Shown here: piece by piece, positions 28,926 to 38,679 of the stretch
Position numbering within the stretch: position 1 is the stretch's first letter
How the letters are laid out: the number at the start of each line of letters is the position of its first letter
Source: Planctomycetia bacterium
GTDB lineage: Bacteria > Planctomycetota > Planctomycetia > Pirellulales > PALSA-1355
Length of the DNA stretch: 60,535 nucleotides
Direction: 5' to 3'
NCBI GenBank assembly: GCA_041497975.1
Contig: JBGQHN010000002.1
Location: 1 to 60,535, forward strand
Program-made: the position numbers and the translations under genes
Notes under the pieces: model-generated
Databases searched by the model: none
What the model saw: the letters and a program-made list of their open reading frames with translations, nothing else
What the model was told of the DNA's origin: nothing

Positions 28926-30317
28926 TCAATTCACAGCCGATGGTCGCTCGACCGCCGCCAGGGCATTTTCCAACGCGCCGTCCAGCTCGATGCTGCCGCT
29001 CGTCACCACCCATTCGCCGGCTTCCAGCGGCTTGCAGCCCTTGGATGATTCCTCGGGACTCGGCCGCGAGCGAATATAGACCACGTCTTGTCCACGGCTG
29101 GCCAGCGCCACGCGACGTCGCGTGACCTCGCTGCCCGCCTCGTCCGAGGCCACGAAAACCACGCACGAGCTACCTTCTTGCACGAGCGCCGTGTCGGGCA
29201 CGACAACCTCGCCGGCCGAAGCAGGCAATTCCACGATGGCGGTAATAAATTGGCCGGCGCGCAGCCGGCCCGCGGTATTGTCCAGCCAGCCCATCACCGC
29301 CGCCGTGTGCTGGTTCGGATCGACGATATTGCCGATGAGCTCGAACGAGCCCTCGATGCCTGGCGCGTCGGCCTGCGAACGCAGATGAACCGTCCAGCGG
29401 CGGTCCGAGGGCGCGAAAGACTCCAAAGCGGGTAGATCTTCTTCGTACACGTTGGCAAGCACGCCGAGCACGCTCAAATCGGCGATCTTGAACAAGTCGA
29501 GTGACGTGTCCACGATATCGCCCGCCACGATGTTCTTTTCCAGAACGACGCCGTCGAACGGACTGCGGACCTCGACCTCGGCCCAGGTCGTGCCGGCGTC
29601 GCGGTCGGCGTCGCGGTCGGCCATGTCGCCGCGGTGGATCTTTTCGGCCTCGGCGCGCACGGCGTTAATTTCGGCGTCGGCCAGCCGCCAGGACCGCAGG
29701 GTTCGCTCGACCCGGTCCACCTCGATAATGTCGGCCTCGCGTGCCCGCTCGGCCTCGCGGACTTGTCGCCGGGCGACATCGTCCCGCAGCGATTTGAGGT
29801 TTTTCAGTTGTGCCTCGTCCAGATAGAGTTTCGAGAGCGCGTTCACCAGGTCGCTTTTGGTGTCGCCGATGTCTTTGCTCCAGATGACGGCCAACAATTG
29901 ACCCTTGGTCACACGGTCGCCAAGTCGCAGGGAGCGAACCACTTTCGTGGCGGACGGATCGACGGGCCGGTTCTCGCCAATCGAAACCACTTCGCCGGCA
30001 AATCGTGAGTGGACGCGCACCAGGCGGTTCGAATCCAAGAACAGCGAACCCGCTAGCTTCAAGCGCTCATGGCTTGCGGCACTTTGCACCGCCGCGGTGT
30101 GCACTCCGAGCGTGTTGATCAATTGTGGCGACAGCACCAGCTTGTCGGTCGAGCCAGGAACCAGACGCACCGCGGGGACCTGCGAGGGCGACGCAACCAC
30201 GGGGCTAGCCGTCCCCGAAATCATCGTTACCGCCGTCACGACGCCCAACGACGCCAGTGCCGCTCCGCCGGCCAACAATAACCAGGTTTTTCTTGACTTT
30301 CGCGTGCTGACTGTCAT
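28926..30317 (-). CDS. RND efflux periplasmic adaptor (membrane fusion protein, HlyD family)
   Basis: The internal ATG at 30317 gives MTVSTRKSRKTWLLLAGGAALASL, a signal anchor. The lipoyl-like hairpin (RFAGEVVSIG...GDRVTKGQLLAVIWS), a coiled-coil segment and a beta-barrel domain are present. It lies 74 nt upstream of the RND permease. Confidence 0.85.
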   Translation of the reverse strand: MTVSTRKSRKTWLLLAGGAALASLGVVTAVTMISGTASPVVASPSQVPAVRLVPGSTDKLVLSPQLINTLGVHTAAVQSAASHERLKLAGSLFLDSNRLVRVHSRFAGEVVSIGENRPVDPSATKVVRSLRLGDRVTKGQLLAVIWSKDIGDTKSDLVNALSKLYLDEAQLKNLKSLRDDVARRQVREAERAREADIIEVDRVERTLRSWRLADAEINAVRAEAEKIHRGDMADRDADRDAGTTWAEVEVRSPFDGVVLEKNIVAGDIVDTSLDLFKIADLSVLGVLANVYEEDLPALESFAPSDRRWTVHLRSQADAPGIEGSFELIGNIVDPNQHTAAVMGWLDNTAGRLRAGQFITAIVELPASAGEVVVPDTALVQEGSSCVVFVASDEAGSEVTRRRVALASRGQDVVYIRSRPSPEESSKGCKPLEAGEWVVTSGSIELDGALENALAAVERPSAVN

Positions 30318-30638
30318 GGTCCGTCTTGTCAAAATGGAAGTGGCCAAAAGCGTCTCATGGCGCAAATAGACCCCAACGCGACTCGTCTCAGTGGCCGCTT
30401 TGAGGTTCTACGGAGAGAACGATCAGAAGGTCCGCCCTATTTTCCCGCCGGTGCAACGCCTCTAGGTTCGCAGCCGGCTAACGATCGATCGGTATGCAGT
30501 GAGGGCGGATGTTCAAGCGCCACGCGCAAACCGCAAGGGGCCCGGCGGCGCCGTCATCCGCGGAAAGCTACGGGCAATTATGCCATATGGCAGCCAAACG
30601 TCGAAGGGCAGCCGCAATGCTTACGTATTTGTAACAAT

Positions 30639-32138
30639 TTACGGAAATCGCTCACTTTGCAGAAGGCCTGCCACCTCGGCCGCGGCCACCCATTGCTCTT
30701 CCAAAGCGGCAATGTACTCGAGATTTGCGTTCAGCAAGGCACGCTGAGAATTAAGATATTGCAAGAATTCAATCTGACCTTGGGCGTATAACTGACCCGA
30801 AATGTTTTGCAATTCATTCGCAGCGGGCAACACGGTCATTTCATATCGATCGACGAGGTGCTGGGCGGTTAAGTATCTTCCCAGGGTGGCGGCCGCGGCA
30901 TTGGCCAATTCCGTTTGCACGCGGTTCAATTGTGCGAGCGCCGTGCCCACGCCAGCTTGTGCCGCTCGGATATTTCCCTGGTTGCGATTCCACAGCGGCA
31001 CGACCATTTGCACCTGATAAAGCGCCTGAGCCTGGGGCGCTTGCGCGCCCGGCTGCTGATTCTGATAGCCCCCCATCATGTTCAGATTCGGAAAGGGCTC
31101 GACCTGGGCACGTCGCAACACGAACTGAGTCCGCCCAATTTCCACTTCCGCGCTGCGGGCCAGGGCGTTGCGCGCGAGGACTCCCTGTTGCACGGCGGTC
31201 AAATCGTAGGTCGGCAAGGACTGCCTGAGATCACCCTCGACTTCGACGATTGGCAAGTTGATCAGACCGGTGGCGGCGGCCAATTGCCGCTTGGTCGTTT
31301 CGGCGAGTGTGGCTGCATTTTTCAGCTCCGCTTCGACGCGCGAGGCTTCGATTTTTAGCAGCAAGACGTCGCCGCGCGTCCCGGTCTCGGCCTTGAACAG
31401 CCGTTCGCTGATTCCCAGCGAAGTCCGCGCGATTTCGGCCATGTTTTCCAGGACTTTGACGCGTTCCTGGGCCACCAGCGCCGTATAGAATCGCTGACGG
31501 ACCGTGGTCAGCACGTCGAACCGGGCGCGAACCACGGCCAACTCGGCTTCGCGGGCCGCGCGTCCGGCCGCCGCCGTATCCAAACCGATCTTTCCCTTGG
31601 TAACCACATCCTGGATCACGTACGCGTTGTACTGCGACTGGTCGCCCGCCAATTGCGGAGATGCCGTGCCGAACGTCGGATTGGGATACATGCTGGCTTG
31701 CAGTTGCCGGGCCCGCGCGGCCGCCGCCTGATTTTCCGCTTCACGAATCTGCGGGTTGTTGGCCAGCGCGATCACCTCGACGTCTGCCAACGTCGTGGTG
31801 GACATTGGATCGAGAGAGCCACGATCGATAGGCTCGGCAAGTTGACCCCCAATCGCCATATTGGCCGGCTGAGACCTGGCGGAAGCCTGCACGTTCGCGA
31901 AGCGCCGCGGTGCGCTGGGAGGCGTGTTGTTTGTTTGAGGCAGCCGGACCATCCGCACACCCGCCCCAGCACGATTGCCCGGGCTGCTGGTAGCCGGGCG
32001 AAGCGGGACCCCAGCTAACACGTGAAGGCAATCGAATTGCAGTGCAAAGATCGCCACGGTTGCCGCGACAATAGAGCGGCGCTTCCAAGCGCAGTGACGC
32101 AAAGGTGCGGGCATGTCTTTAGCTGAACGTAAAGCCAA
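30639..32138 (-). CDS. TolC-like outer membrane efflux protein
   Basis: Two repeated helical OEP halves are present (LADVEVIALANNPQIREAENQ..., TAVQQGVLARNALARSAEVEIGR...). It is co-directional with the adaptor and pump genes. The start codon is uncertain. Confidence 0.8.
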   Translation of the reverse strand: MALRSAKDMPAPLRHCAWKRRSIVAATVAIFALQFDCLHVLAGVPLRPATSSPGNRAGAGVRMVRLPQTNNTPPSAPRRFANVQASARSQPANMAIGGQLAEPIDRGSLDPMSTTTLADVEVIALANNPQIREAENQAAAARARQLQASMYPNPTFGTASPQLAGDQSQYNAYVIQDVVTKGKIGLDTAAAGRAAREAELAVVRARFDVLTTVRQRFYTALVAQERVKVLENMAEIARTSLGISERLFKAETGTRGDVLLLKIEASRVEAELKNAATLAETTKRQLAAATGLINLPIVEVEGDLRQSLPTYDLTAVQQGVLARNALARSAEVEIGRTQFVLRRAQVEPFPNLNMMGGYQNQQPGAQAPQAQALYQVQMVVPLWNRNQGNIRAAQAGVGTALAQLNRVQTELANAAAATLGRYLTAQHLVDRYEMTVLPAANELQNISGQLYAQGQIEFLQYLNSQRALLNANLEYIAALEEQWVAAAEVAGLLQSERFP

Positions 32139-32420
32139 GGCGAGAAGCCTCGAGGAGGATTGTGGTGGGCGCTGGACCAGGCGGCTGAGCCGGAAGTGAC
32201 AATCGTCGTAAATTGCAAATCGCGTACGCGTGCTACTACCGGCTGATGTCGGACCTTGCTTAGGATCGTTAGAAGACGCAAGACTCGTATATCTATTTCT
32301 CCACAGCCCCTACCCATTGGCCATTTTTGCCAATTTTCCAAAGTTCACACGGACCCAAAACCGCGGCACGTCCTTGATGTCTGCTGTCAAATCGCCCGGC
32401 CGTTACGTATTGTAGATAGA

Positions 32421-32847
32421 AGATTCGGAGCGGACTGGGCGGTCGCTGAGCCGGTCGCAACTTGGGCTGGCTGAGAGGAAAGTCCGGGCTCCACAGGACA
32501 TGGTGGTGGGTAACGCCCACCGGCCGCGAGGCCCGGGAAAGTGCAACAGAAAGCAAACCGCCAGCCGGAGAGTTCATGCTCTTTGGCGGGTAAGGGTGAA
32601 ACGGTGAGGTAAGAGCTCACCAGCAGGCTGGGTAACCAGCTTGGCTAGGCAAACCCCACCAGGAGCAAGGCCAAACAGAAAGGACCGAGGGAAACCTCGG
32701 GCGGACTGGTTCCGGTCCGTTAGTCACTTTCGGGTAGGCCGCTAGAGAGACTGAGTAATCGGTATCGTAGAGAAATGGCCGCTCCCCCGCGACAGTCTGA
32801 ACTGTCGCGGGGGAACAGAACCCGGCTTACAGGTCCGCTCCGAATCT
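32421..32847 (+). ncRNA. rnpB: RNase P RNA, bacterial type A
   Basis: Universally conserved blocks are read directly: GAGGAAAGTCCGGGCTCCACAG, GGGTAACGCC, GGGAAAGTGCAACAGAAAGCAAACCGCC, GGTAAGGGTGAAACGGTGAGGTAAGAGCTCACC, GCAAACCCCACC and ACAGAACCCGGCTTA. The ends form a perfect 15-bp P1 helix (32421-32435 with 32833-32847). There is a perfect 12-bp hairpin at 32784-32813, and a T-run follows the 3' end. Confidence 0.92.
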
Positions 32848-32883
32848 CTTTTTTACTCTGCAAGTCTGCGGCGAATCGGCAAT

Positions 32884-33291
32884 TTAAGCCGACTGCTTCT
32901 CGGCGACGCCGGCCTCGGCCGGCACCAGCTCGCCATCGACCACCTGTAGCAGCTTGGAAATACACAGCTTGTTCATGCTGGTATGTCGATCGTGGGCTTC
33001 GGCGCGCAACGACTCGTGCAGGCTCTTGGGTAGACGAACGGTAATGACGCGGGTCGGTTCGCGGGGCCCGCCCGGCAGGTCCGCATCGTTCTCCCGTAGT
33101 TTTGCCAGCATATGCTGGATTTTTTGGTATTCGGGGGTCTGTTCAAACTGGGAAAGAGCTTCGGGGCTCGAGTGAACCTGGCGCACGATTCCATCCACGC
33201 CTAGCACTTCGCGAAAAAACGTGACCCAACTGGGTCGCTGACGGAAAATTTCGTCCGCAACGCGAAAGACATCTTGTCGCTGCTCGTTCAT
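32884..33291 (-). CDS. Hypothetical protein with C-terminal ribbon-helix-helix (Arc/HicB-antitoxin-like) motif
   Basis: RVITVRLPKSLHESLRAEAHDRHTSMNKLCISKLL is a typical RHH strand-helix-helix. No toxin partner is seen. Confidence 0.55.
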   Translation of the reverse strand: MNEQRQDVFRVADEIFRQRPSWVTFFREVLGVDGIVRQVHSSPEALSQFEQTPEYQKIQHMLAKLRENDADLPGGPREPTRVITVRLPKSLHESLRAEAHDRHTSMNKLCISKLLQVVDGELVPAEAGVAEKQSA

Positions 33292-33570
33292 CGTGAATCT
33301 CCTGAAACGGGTTGGTGCAAATGGGGACCGGTACTGTCGGCCTCATTGCTCGTATCGTACTGAGCGATCAAGACCAGCACGGATGTCATTTCTTTGATAG
33401 CACTTGCGTCACGCGATTTAATGTGCGCATCTTCTGCGCTCCCCTGCATTCAAAACGAGCACAACCAAGCTGCCCAAAAAACGGGCATAGCCATTTTTCA
33501 CATTGACTAAGTGTCCAATGCTAGCACTTTCAAAAACTTGAACAGTTTTCACGGGCAAGTGGTTGGGCGC

Positions 33571-33612
33571 AACAAAAACGGCTCAGTCCAGGATCTCTGG
33601 GAATGAGCCGTT
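33571..33612 (-). terminator. Rho-independent terminator downstream of the TIM-barrel gene
   Basis: A 9-bp stem AACGGCTCA / TGAGCCGTT (33577-33585 with 33604-33612) has inner CCAG/CTGG pairing. On the minus strand it is followed by TTTTTGTT (33571-33578). It lies 21 nt past the stop at 33633. Confidence 0.6.
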
Positions 33613-33632
33613 AATTGGGTTAACTGAAAAGA

Positions 33633-34556
33633 TTAGGATAGTTCGGATCGCACGCGCTCGAGCAGCTTTTTAGTGGCGCGAATTCCATCGGGTTCGCTTA
33701 AGCGGCTGCCTTCGTACTCGACGCCCAGGTAGCCATGGTACCCCGCGTCGAGGACAATTTTCAGCATCCGACGATAGTCGGTGCTGGTCTCGTTGCCGTG
33801 GGCGTCGAAATCGTGGCTTTTTGCACTGACCCCTTTGGCCCAAGGCATCATTTCGCGGACGGCCAGGTAGCGATCGTAGTCTTGAAAATTACCGAAATCC
33901 GGCAGAGTGCCGCAATTGGGCAAATTCACCGCCTTAATGACGCCGGTCAGCCACTTGCCATTCGAGGACAGGCCGCCGTGGTTTTCGACAATCACGTTGA
34001 TCCCGGCTGGCGCGGCAAACTCGGACAACCGACGCAAGCCGTCTGTTGCTAGCTTGGCTTGTTCGTCGGACGTTCCTTTGGAGTAGGCGTTCACCCGGAT
34101 CGAATGACAGCCAAGATATTTCGCCGCCGCCACCCAGGGGTAATGATTCTCCACAGCTTTAGTGCGCTTTGCGGAGTCCGGATCGCCCAGGAACCCTTCG
34201 TCGTCGATCATGATCAGTACGTTCTTCACCCCCTGATCGGCGGCACGCGACTTCATTTCAGCCAGGTACTGCTGGTCTTGGGCTTTGTCTTTGAAGAATT
34301 GATTGACATACTCCACGGCATCGATGCCATATTCGGTCGTCGCTTGCTGAGCGAAATCCAGGTTCTTCAGTTTGCCGCTGAACAGGGTCTTATGAAGCGA
34401 CCACTGGGCCAACGAGACTTTGAACGCCAGCGGCTTGTCGTCGGCCGACGAGCAATTCTGGGCCAGGGAAGCGATGGCCGTTCCGGCTGCCGCCAGTGCC
34501 GAACTTTTCAAGAAACCGCGACGGTTCGAGAAAGCATCCATAGATCGAGCGTCCAT
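33633..34556 (-). CDS. Tat-exported sugar phosphate isomerase/epimerase (xylose isomerase-like TIM barrel) family protein
   Basis: The [20 protein letters not shown] Tat signal is present. The [20 protein letters not shown] and [11 protein letters not shown] blocks are typical of the AP-endonuclease-2 / xylose-isomerase-like TIM barrel family. Confidence 0.8.
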   Translation of the reverse strand: MDARSMDAFSNRRGFLKSSALAAAGTAIASLAQNCSSADDKPLAFKVSLAQWSLHKTLFSGKLKNLDFAQQATTEYGIDAVEYVNQFFKDKAQDQQYLAEMKSRAADQGVKNVLIMIDDEGFLGDPDSAKRTKAVENHYPWVAAAKYLGCHSIRVNAYSKGTSDEQAKLATDGLRRLSEFAAPAGINVIVENHGGLSSNGKWLTGVIKAVNLPNCGTLPDFGNFQDYDRYLAVREMMPWAKGVSAKSHDFDAHGNETSTDYRRMLKIVLDAGYHGYLGVEYEGSRLSEPDGIRATKKLLERVRSELS

Positions 34557-35069
34557 TTGAAAAAATTGAAAGTGCCAATGGCAGCGTGAAGGGAGCGGGC
34601 ACCAAAATCAGCCATTGCAAGAGCCGCCGCTGGCGCAAATGTAATGCAAGCGGTCCGAAATGCAATGATGAATGGCCGTTGGCCGTATTTTCAACCGCAG
34701 ATTCCCTGACGCGAGGTTGCAATAAAGACACCCGTTGTCGGGCGAACTGAATGAATAGGCCTTGTGGGTGAGAGACGTCGCGAGAGCAACAGTGGACGAG
34801 TTATCCTCGGACGTTCGTGAAAAATACCGCGATCCGCTGTAAACTCAATCGCAACGGTTAGTTACTAATTTGACGCCGCCGGGGTAAAGAGACTAAAATC
34901 GGATTGTCCGAATGTGCACCCGCACCGCGGGCGATTCCCCAGGACGTTCGTCCAAGATGCTTGCGGCGGGGTGAGAATTGAACATGTCGCGAATTGCGCG
35001 TTCCAGGGATGGCTCGTTTGGTACTCGAGCGCTGGGCTGGTACAGACCGACGCGAGGCCGAGAACGATA

Positions 35070-37946
35070 ATGAGCGAACGATCGAGCCACAAGTCCGCGC
35101 CGGCCGTTCCCGCGGGGTCCAGTCGGACTAGTCCCCAGAAGCCCAGCAGCGACGTAGCCCCGGCCCCTGGTGGCGCGGCCTCCGGCGACGGCCAAATGAC
35201 CGTCATTTCGTCTCGCGTGCCGGCACCCAGCCCGACGCTGGGTCACCCCGAACCGCCGCCGCTCGAGTCGGGCAGCCTGCTGGAAGGCGAACGCCTCGGC
35301 CAGTTCTTGCTCGAGAAGTTTGTGGGCGGCGGCGGCATGGGCGTGGTATTTCGGGCGCTCGACACTACGCTCAATCGCGAAGTGGCCGTCAAAGTGCTGT
35401 CGCGCAATCAATCGGCCGACGAAGAGACGCTGCGCCGATTTCGCAACGAAGCCCAATCGGCAGCGCGATTGAATCACGAGAACATCGCCCACGTGCACTA
35501 CGTCGGCGAAGACCGGGGAGTGCACTACATTGTCTTCGAATTCATCGAGGGCGTGAACATTCGCGACCTGGTCGAGCGCAACGGTCCGCTGCCGCTGGAA
35601 GAAGCGCTCAGCTACACCTATCAGATCGCCCAGGCTCTCGAGCATGCCAGTCAGCGTGCCGTCATCCACCGCGACATCAAGCCTTCGAACGTCTTGATCA
35701 CGCTGGACGGCAAAGCAAAGCTGGTCGACATGGGCCTGGCCCGCTTGAATCAGGTTGCGCAGGCAGACAATGACCTGACGGCTAGCGGCGTTACGCTGGG
35801 AACTTTCGACTACATTTCGCCCGAACAGGCGCGCGATCCGCGCAGTGCCGACGTGCGCAGCGATTTGTATTCGTTGGGCTGTTCGTTTTTCTACATGCTG
35901 ACCGGTCGCCCGCCGTTTCCCGACGGCACCGTGTTGCAGAAGCTGTTGCAACACCAGGCCGACACCCCGCCCGACGCGCGCGCAATGCGGCCGGAACTGC
36001 CATCCGAGGTCGCGCAGATTCTGGGCCGACTGTTGGCCAAGAATCCGACGCATCGCTACCAGCAGCCGGCCGAACTGATCGACGACCTGTCAAAGGTGGG
36101 GGATTCGTTGGGCATGCAGCTCAGTTCGTCGCGGGCGCACTGGGCACCGTCACGCACGATGAGTCCCTTGGGCCGCTGGCAGCGGCACATGCCTTGGGCC
36201 GTGCCGCTGGCCGTCCTGTTCTTGACCGTAATCACCCTGGATTTTTACTGGTCGAGCGAGTCAACCGTGGTCACGAACTCCATGCGCGCGCCGGCTTCCG
36301 TGGTTCGCGTTCCCGAGACGTTGCGCGACGGAGCGTCGGTCAGCCAACCGGCGCGGCCTGGCAACGGCAATCCTGCTGCGAAATCTGCCGCCATGTCCGA
36401 CTCCAGCAAGCGAACGGCGCCAACAGCCGAGCAATCCGACGCGCAAGCAAGCGGTTCTCAAGCCGCTGGGCCGGCGGGGACAACTTCGCCCGACGACACC
36501 AGGCGTTTCTGGCAGCGCGTGCTTGAGCCGTTTGGCGCAGAGAATCTCGAGCAATTCCGGGCTCGCGTCTCTGAAGCCGCCAGCCAAGCCTCGCAAAACG
36601 CTCCGCGGCCGGCGGACGTGCAGCGTTCGCCCGACGACCGGGCAACCGGCGCGCCGGCGATTGCCCCGCGTGAGCCGGCGTCGACAAACTCGCCGGCCGG
36701 CCGGGATAACGTGTTGATTGTGGGCGATGGAGCGTCGCCAGGGACATACGCCAACCTGCATGCGGCTTGCAATGATGCCAAAAGCGGCGATGTCATCGAG
36801 TTGCGGTACGACGGCCGTCGCCAGGAAAAGCCGATCGTGATTTCGAACACCAGGCTCACGATTCGCGCCGGCGAACGTTTTCAGCCGGTAGTCGTTTTCC
36901 GGCCCGAGCCCGACCTGGTGCCGGTGAAATACCCCACGACGATGTTGAGTATCGCGGGGTCGCAGCTTCATGTGACGGGCGTGCATTGGGAGCTCGACTT
37001 GCCCCGCAATGTGCCTTCCGATTGGGCTCTGTTTGAAACCAGGCACGCCGAGCTCGTGCAGTTTCACCGCTGCACTTTCACGATCCGCAATGCCTCGCTG
37101 GGACAGACGGCTTATCACGCCGGCGTGGCATTTTTTGACATCAAGGCTCCGCCGGGAACGGGCAGCATCGCCATGGTGGAGCCCGACGCGATGGAGGAGC
37201 AAATCGTTACCCTCAACCTGGAAAACTGCCTGGCACGCGGCGAAGCTGCCTTTCTGCGCGCGAACGACTTGCAGGCCGTGCGGCTCAACTGGGACAACGG
37301 CCTGTTGGCCACCAGCGAGCGAATGCTCGTGTCGGCCGGGGGCCCTTCACAGCCGCGACAACTGGGACACATACAGCTCAACCTGCGCCACATAACCGCC
37401 ATGATGCATGGCGGCCTGGCGCTGACGACCAATAGCTTAGACGCTCCCTATCAATTGGTGACGGAGTTCAACTGCGACGACAGCATCCTGGCGTCAAACG
37501 CCAAGGTGCCCCTGGTCGAACAGCGCGGCTCGGACAACGTCGAACAATATGAAACGCGGCTGCAATGGAGTGGCAAGCGCGACTTTTTCGACGGTTTTGA
37601 AGTGTTTTGGCAGATTCTCAACACCGCGACCCAAACCGCGTCCAAGCAGATGCGTTTCGACGATTGGCAGGCCCATTGGGGTGGCCAAAGCCGCTCGCGG
37701 CTAGCCGCGCGAAATGCCTCGTTCTGGAAAAGAATGCCGGAATCGGACCGCCCGTTTCACACGCATGCGCCAGGCGACTACGCCCTGGAAATCAGCCTGA
37801 CGAACGCGGCACTGGGCGGAGCCAGCGACGGACTTGATGCAGGCTGCGTGCTTGGACAACTGCCGGCGCTCCCTCAGGATCGCCCGGACGTCAGGCCTCT
37901 GCCGCGCAGTCCGGCGGGTCCGCCGGCTGAGGACGACGATTCGTAA
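35070..37946 (+). CDS. Ser/Thr protein kinase with TM segment and large C-terminal extracytoplasmic domain
   Basis: ATG at 35070 lies inside ORF 34914..37946. Hanks motifs are present: GGGGMGVV, VAVKVL, HRDIKPSNVL, DMGLA and GTFDYISPEQ. A TM helix AVPLAVLFLTVITL and about 500 further residues follow. Confidence 0.9.
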   Translation: MSERSSHKSAPAVPAGSSRTSPQKPSSDVAPAPGGAASGDGQMTVISSRVPAPSPTLGHPEPPPLESGSLLEGERLGQFLLEKFVGGGGMGVVFRALDTTLNREVAVKVLSRNQSADEETLRRFRNEAQSAARLNHENIAHVHYVGEDRGVHYIVFEFIEGVNIRDLVERNGPLPLEEALSYTYQIAQALEHASQRAVIHRDIKPSNVLITLDGKAKLVDMGLARLNQVAQADNDLTASGVTLGTFDYISPEQARDPRSADVRSDLYSLGCSFFYMLTGRPPFPDGTVLQKLLQHQADTPPDARAMRPELPSEVAQILGRLLAKNPTHRYQQPAELIDDLSKVGDSLGMQLSSSRAHWAPSRTMSPLGRWQRHMPWAVPLAVLFLTVITLDFYWSSESTVVTNSMRAPASVVRVPETLRDGASVSQPARPGNGNPAAKSAAMSDSSKRTAPTAEQSDAQASGSQAAGPAGTTSPDDTRRFWQRVLEPFGAENLEQFRARVSEAASQASQNAPRPADVQRSPDDRATGAPAIAPREPASTNSPAGRDNVLIVGDGASPGTYANLHAACNDAKSGDVIELRYDGRRQEKPIVISNTRLTIRAGERFQPVVVFRPEPDLVPVKYPTTMLSIAGSQLHVTGVHWELDLPRNVPSDWALFETRHAELVQFHRCTFTIRNASLGQTAYHAGVAFFDIKAPPGTGSIAMVEPDAMEEQIVTLNLENCLARGEAAFLRANDLQAVRLNWDNGLLATSERMLVSAGGPSQPRQLGHIQLNLRHITAMMHGGLALTTNSLDAPYQLVTEFNCDDSILASNAKVPLVEQRGSDNVEQYETRLQWSGKRDFFDGFEVFWQILNTATQTASKQMRFDDWQAHWGGQSRSRLAARNASFWKRMPESDRPFHTHAPGDYALEISLTNAALGGASDGLDAGCVLGQLPALPQDRPDVRPLPRSPAGPPAEDDDS

Positions 37947-38139
37947 ACCGTTTCTCGGTAAAACTTAAGCGACCCTGTGTCGCGCCCCGCTTGACAGTCC
38001 CCGGACAAGCAATTCTACTGGGGACAACAGTGCGGGTGCCTGCCCGCAACGTCCTGCCTAGCATCCTCGCGCCTTCCCACCTGATTCTTGAGTTTTCCGT
38101 TGCCCTGGAGGGCCGACTTCCATTGGGAGATCAAGGTTT

Positions 38140-38562
38140 ATGAAGAATCTTTGTTTGTTGAGCTTGTGTGGCTTCTTGATCGGTACATTGCTGGCCAAAG
38201 TCGATCCGGTGTACGGAATCGATGCCTTTAAAAAGGAGTTTGTCAACAAGTATGTGAAGAAGGAACCGGCCACCGATAGCGAAAAGGCCCTCGCCGCCGC
38301 CGTCGCCAAGGCCAATTGCAACGTCTGTCATGTCGGCAAGGCAAAGAAGACGCGGAACGAGTACGGCAAAGCCCTCGACGAGCTCTTAGACAAGAAGACT
38401 GACATCAAAGACGCCGCCAAGATTCAAGGCGCGCTGGAAAAGGTCGCCGGCATGAAGTCCGATCCCAAAGATCCCAATTCACCAACTTTCGGCCAGCGGA
38501 TCGAAAAAGGTCAACTACCGGGCGGCGAAGACTCCACGACCACGGCCTCGACCGCGAAATAA
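38140..38562 (+). CDS. Small secreted mono-haem c-type cytochrome-like protein
   Basis: A signal peptide MKNLCLLSLCGFLIGTLLA and a single CNVCH haem-binding motif are present. The protein is Lys-rich, and the gene looks lower in GC than its surroundings. Confidence 0.6.
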   Translation: MKNLCLLSLCGFLIGTLLAKVDPVYGIDAFKKEFVNKYVKKEPATDSEKALAAAVAKANCNVCHVGKAKKTRNEYGKALDELLDKKTDIKDAAKIQGALEKVAGMKSDPKDPNSPTFGQRIEKGQLPGGEDSTTTASTAK

Positions 38563-38597
38563 GTGCCCACGGCGCTCTAATGAAACGTTCAGCATAC

Positions 38598-38626
38598 GGG
38601 TCGGTCCGGCAAGGACCGGCCCGTTT
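38598..38626. terminator. GC-rich hairpin between convergent genes (putative bidirectional terminator)
   Basis: GGGTCGGTCC-GGCAA-GGACCGGCCC forms a 10-bp stem with one G-U pair, followed by GTTT. It lies between the stops at 38562 (+) and 38680 (-). Confidence 0.45.
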
Positions 38627-38679
38627 CCGCTGGCACACGTCCATCTTGCCCAGCGGCCGCTGGTCAGGCGCCGCTACCG

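Noticed and set aside
32317-32333. TTGGCCATTTTTGCCAA palindrome resembling a sigma-54 -24/-12 element (GG...GC), upstream of rnpB and divergent from the TolC-like gene
   Set aside because: The GG-to-GC spacing is two nucleotides shorter than the canonical TGGCACG-N4-TTGC arrangement, and there is no enhancer-binding protein context. It may still be an operator palindrome, but I cannot support a call.
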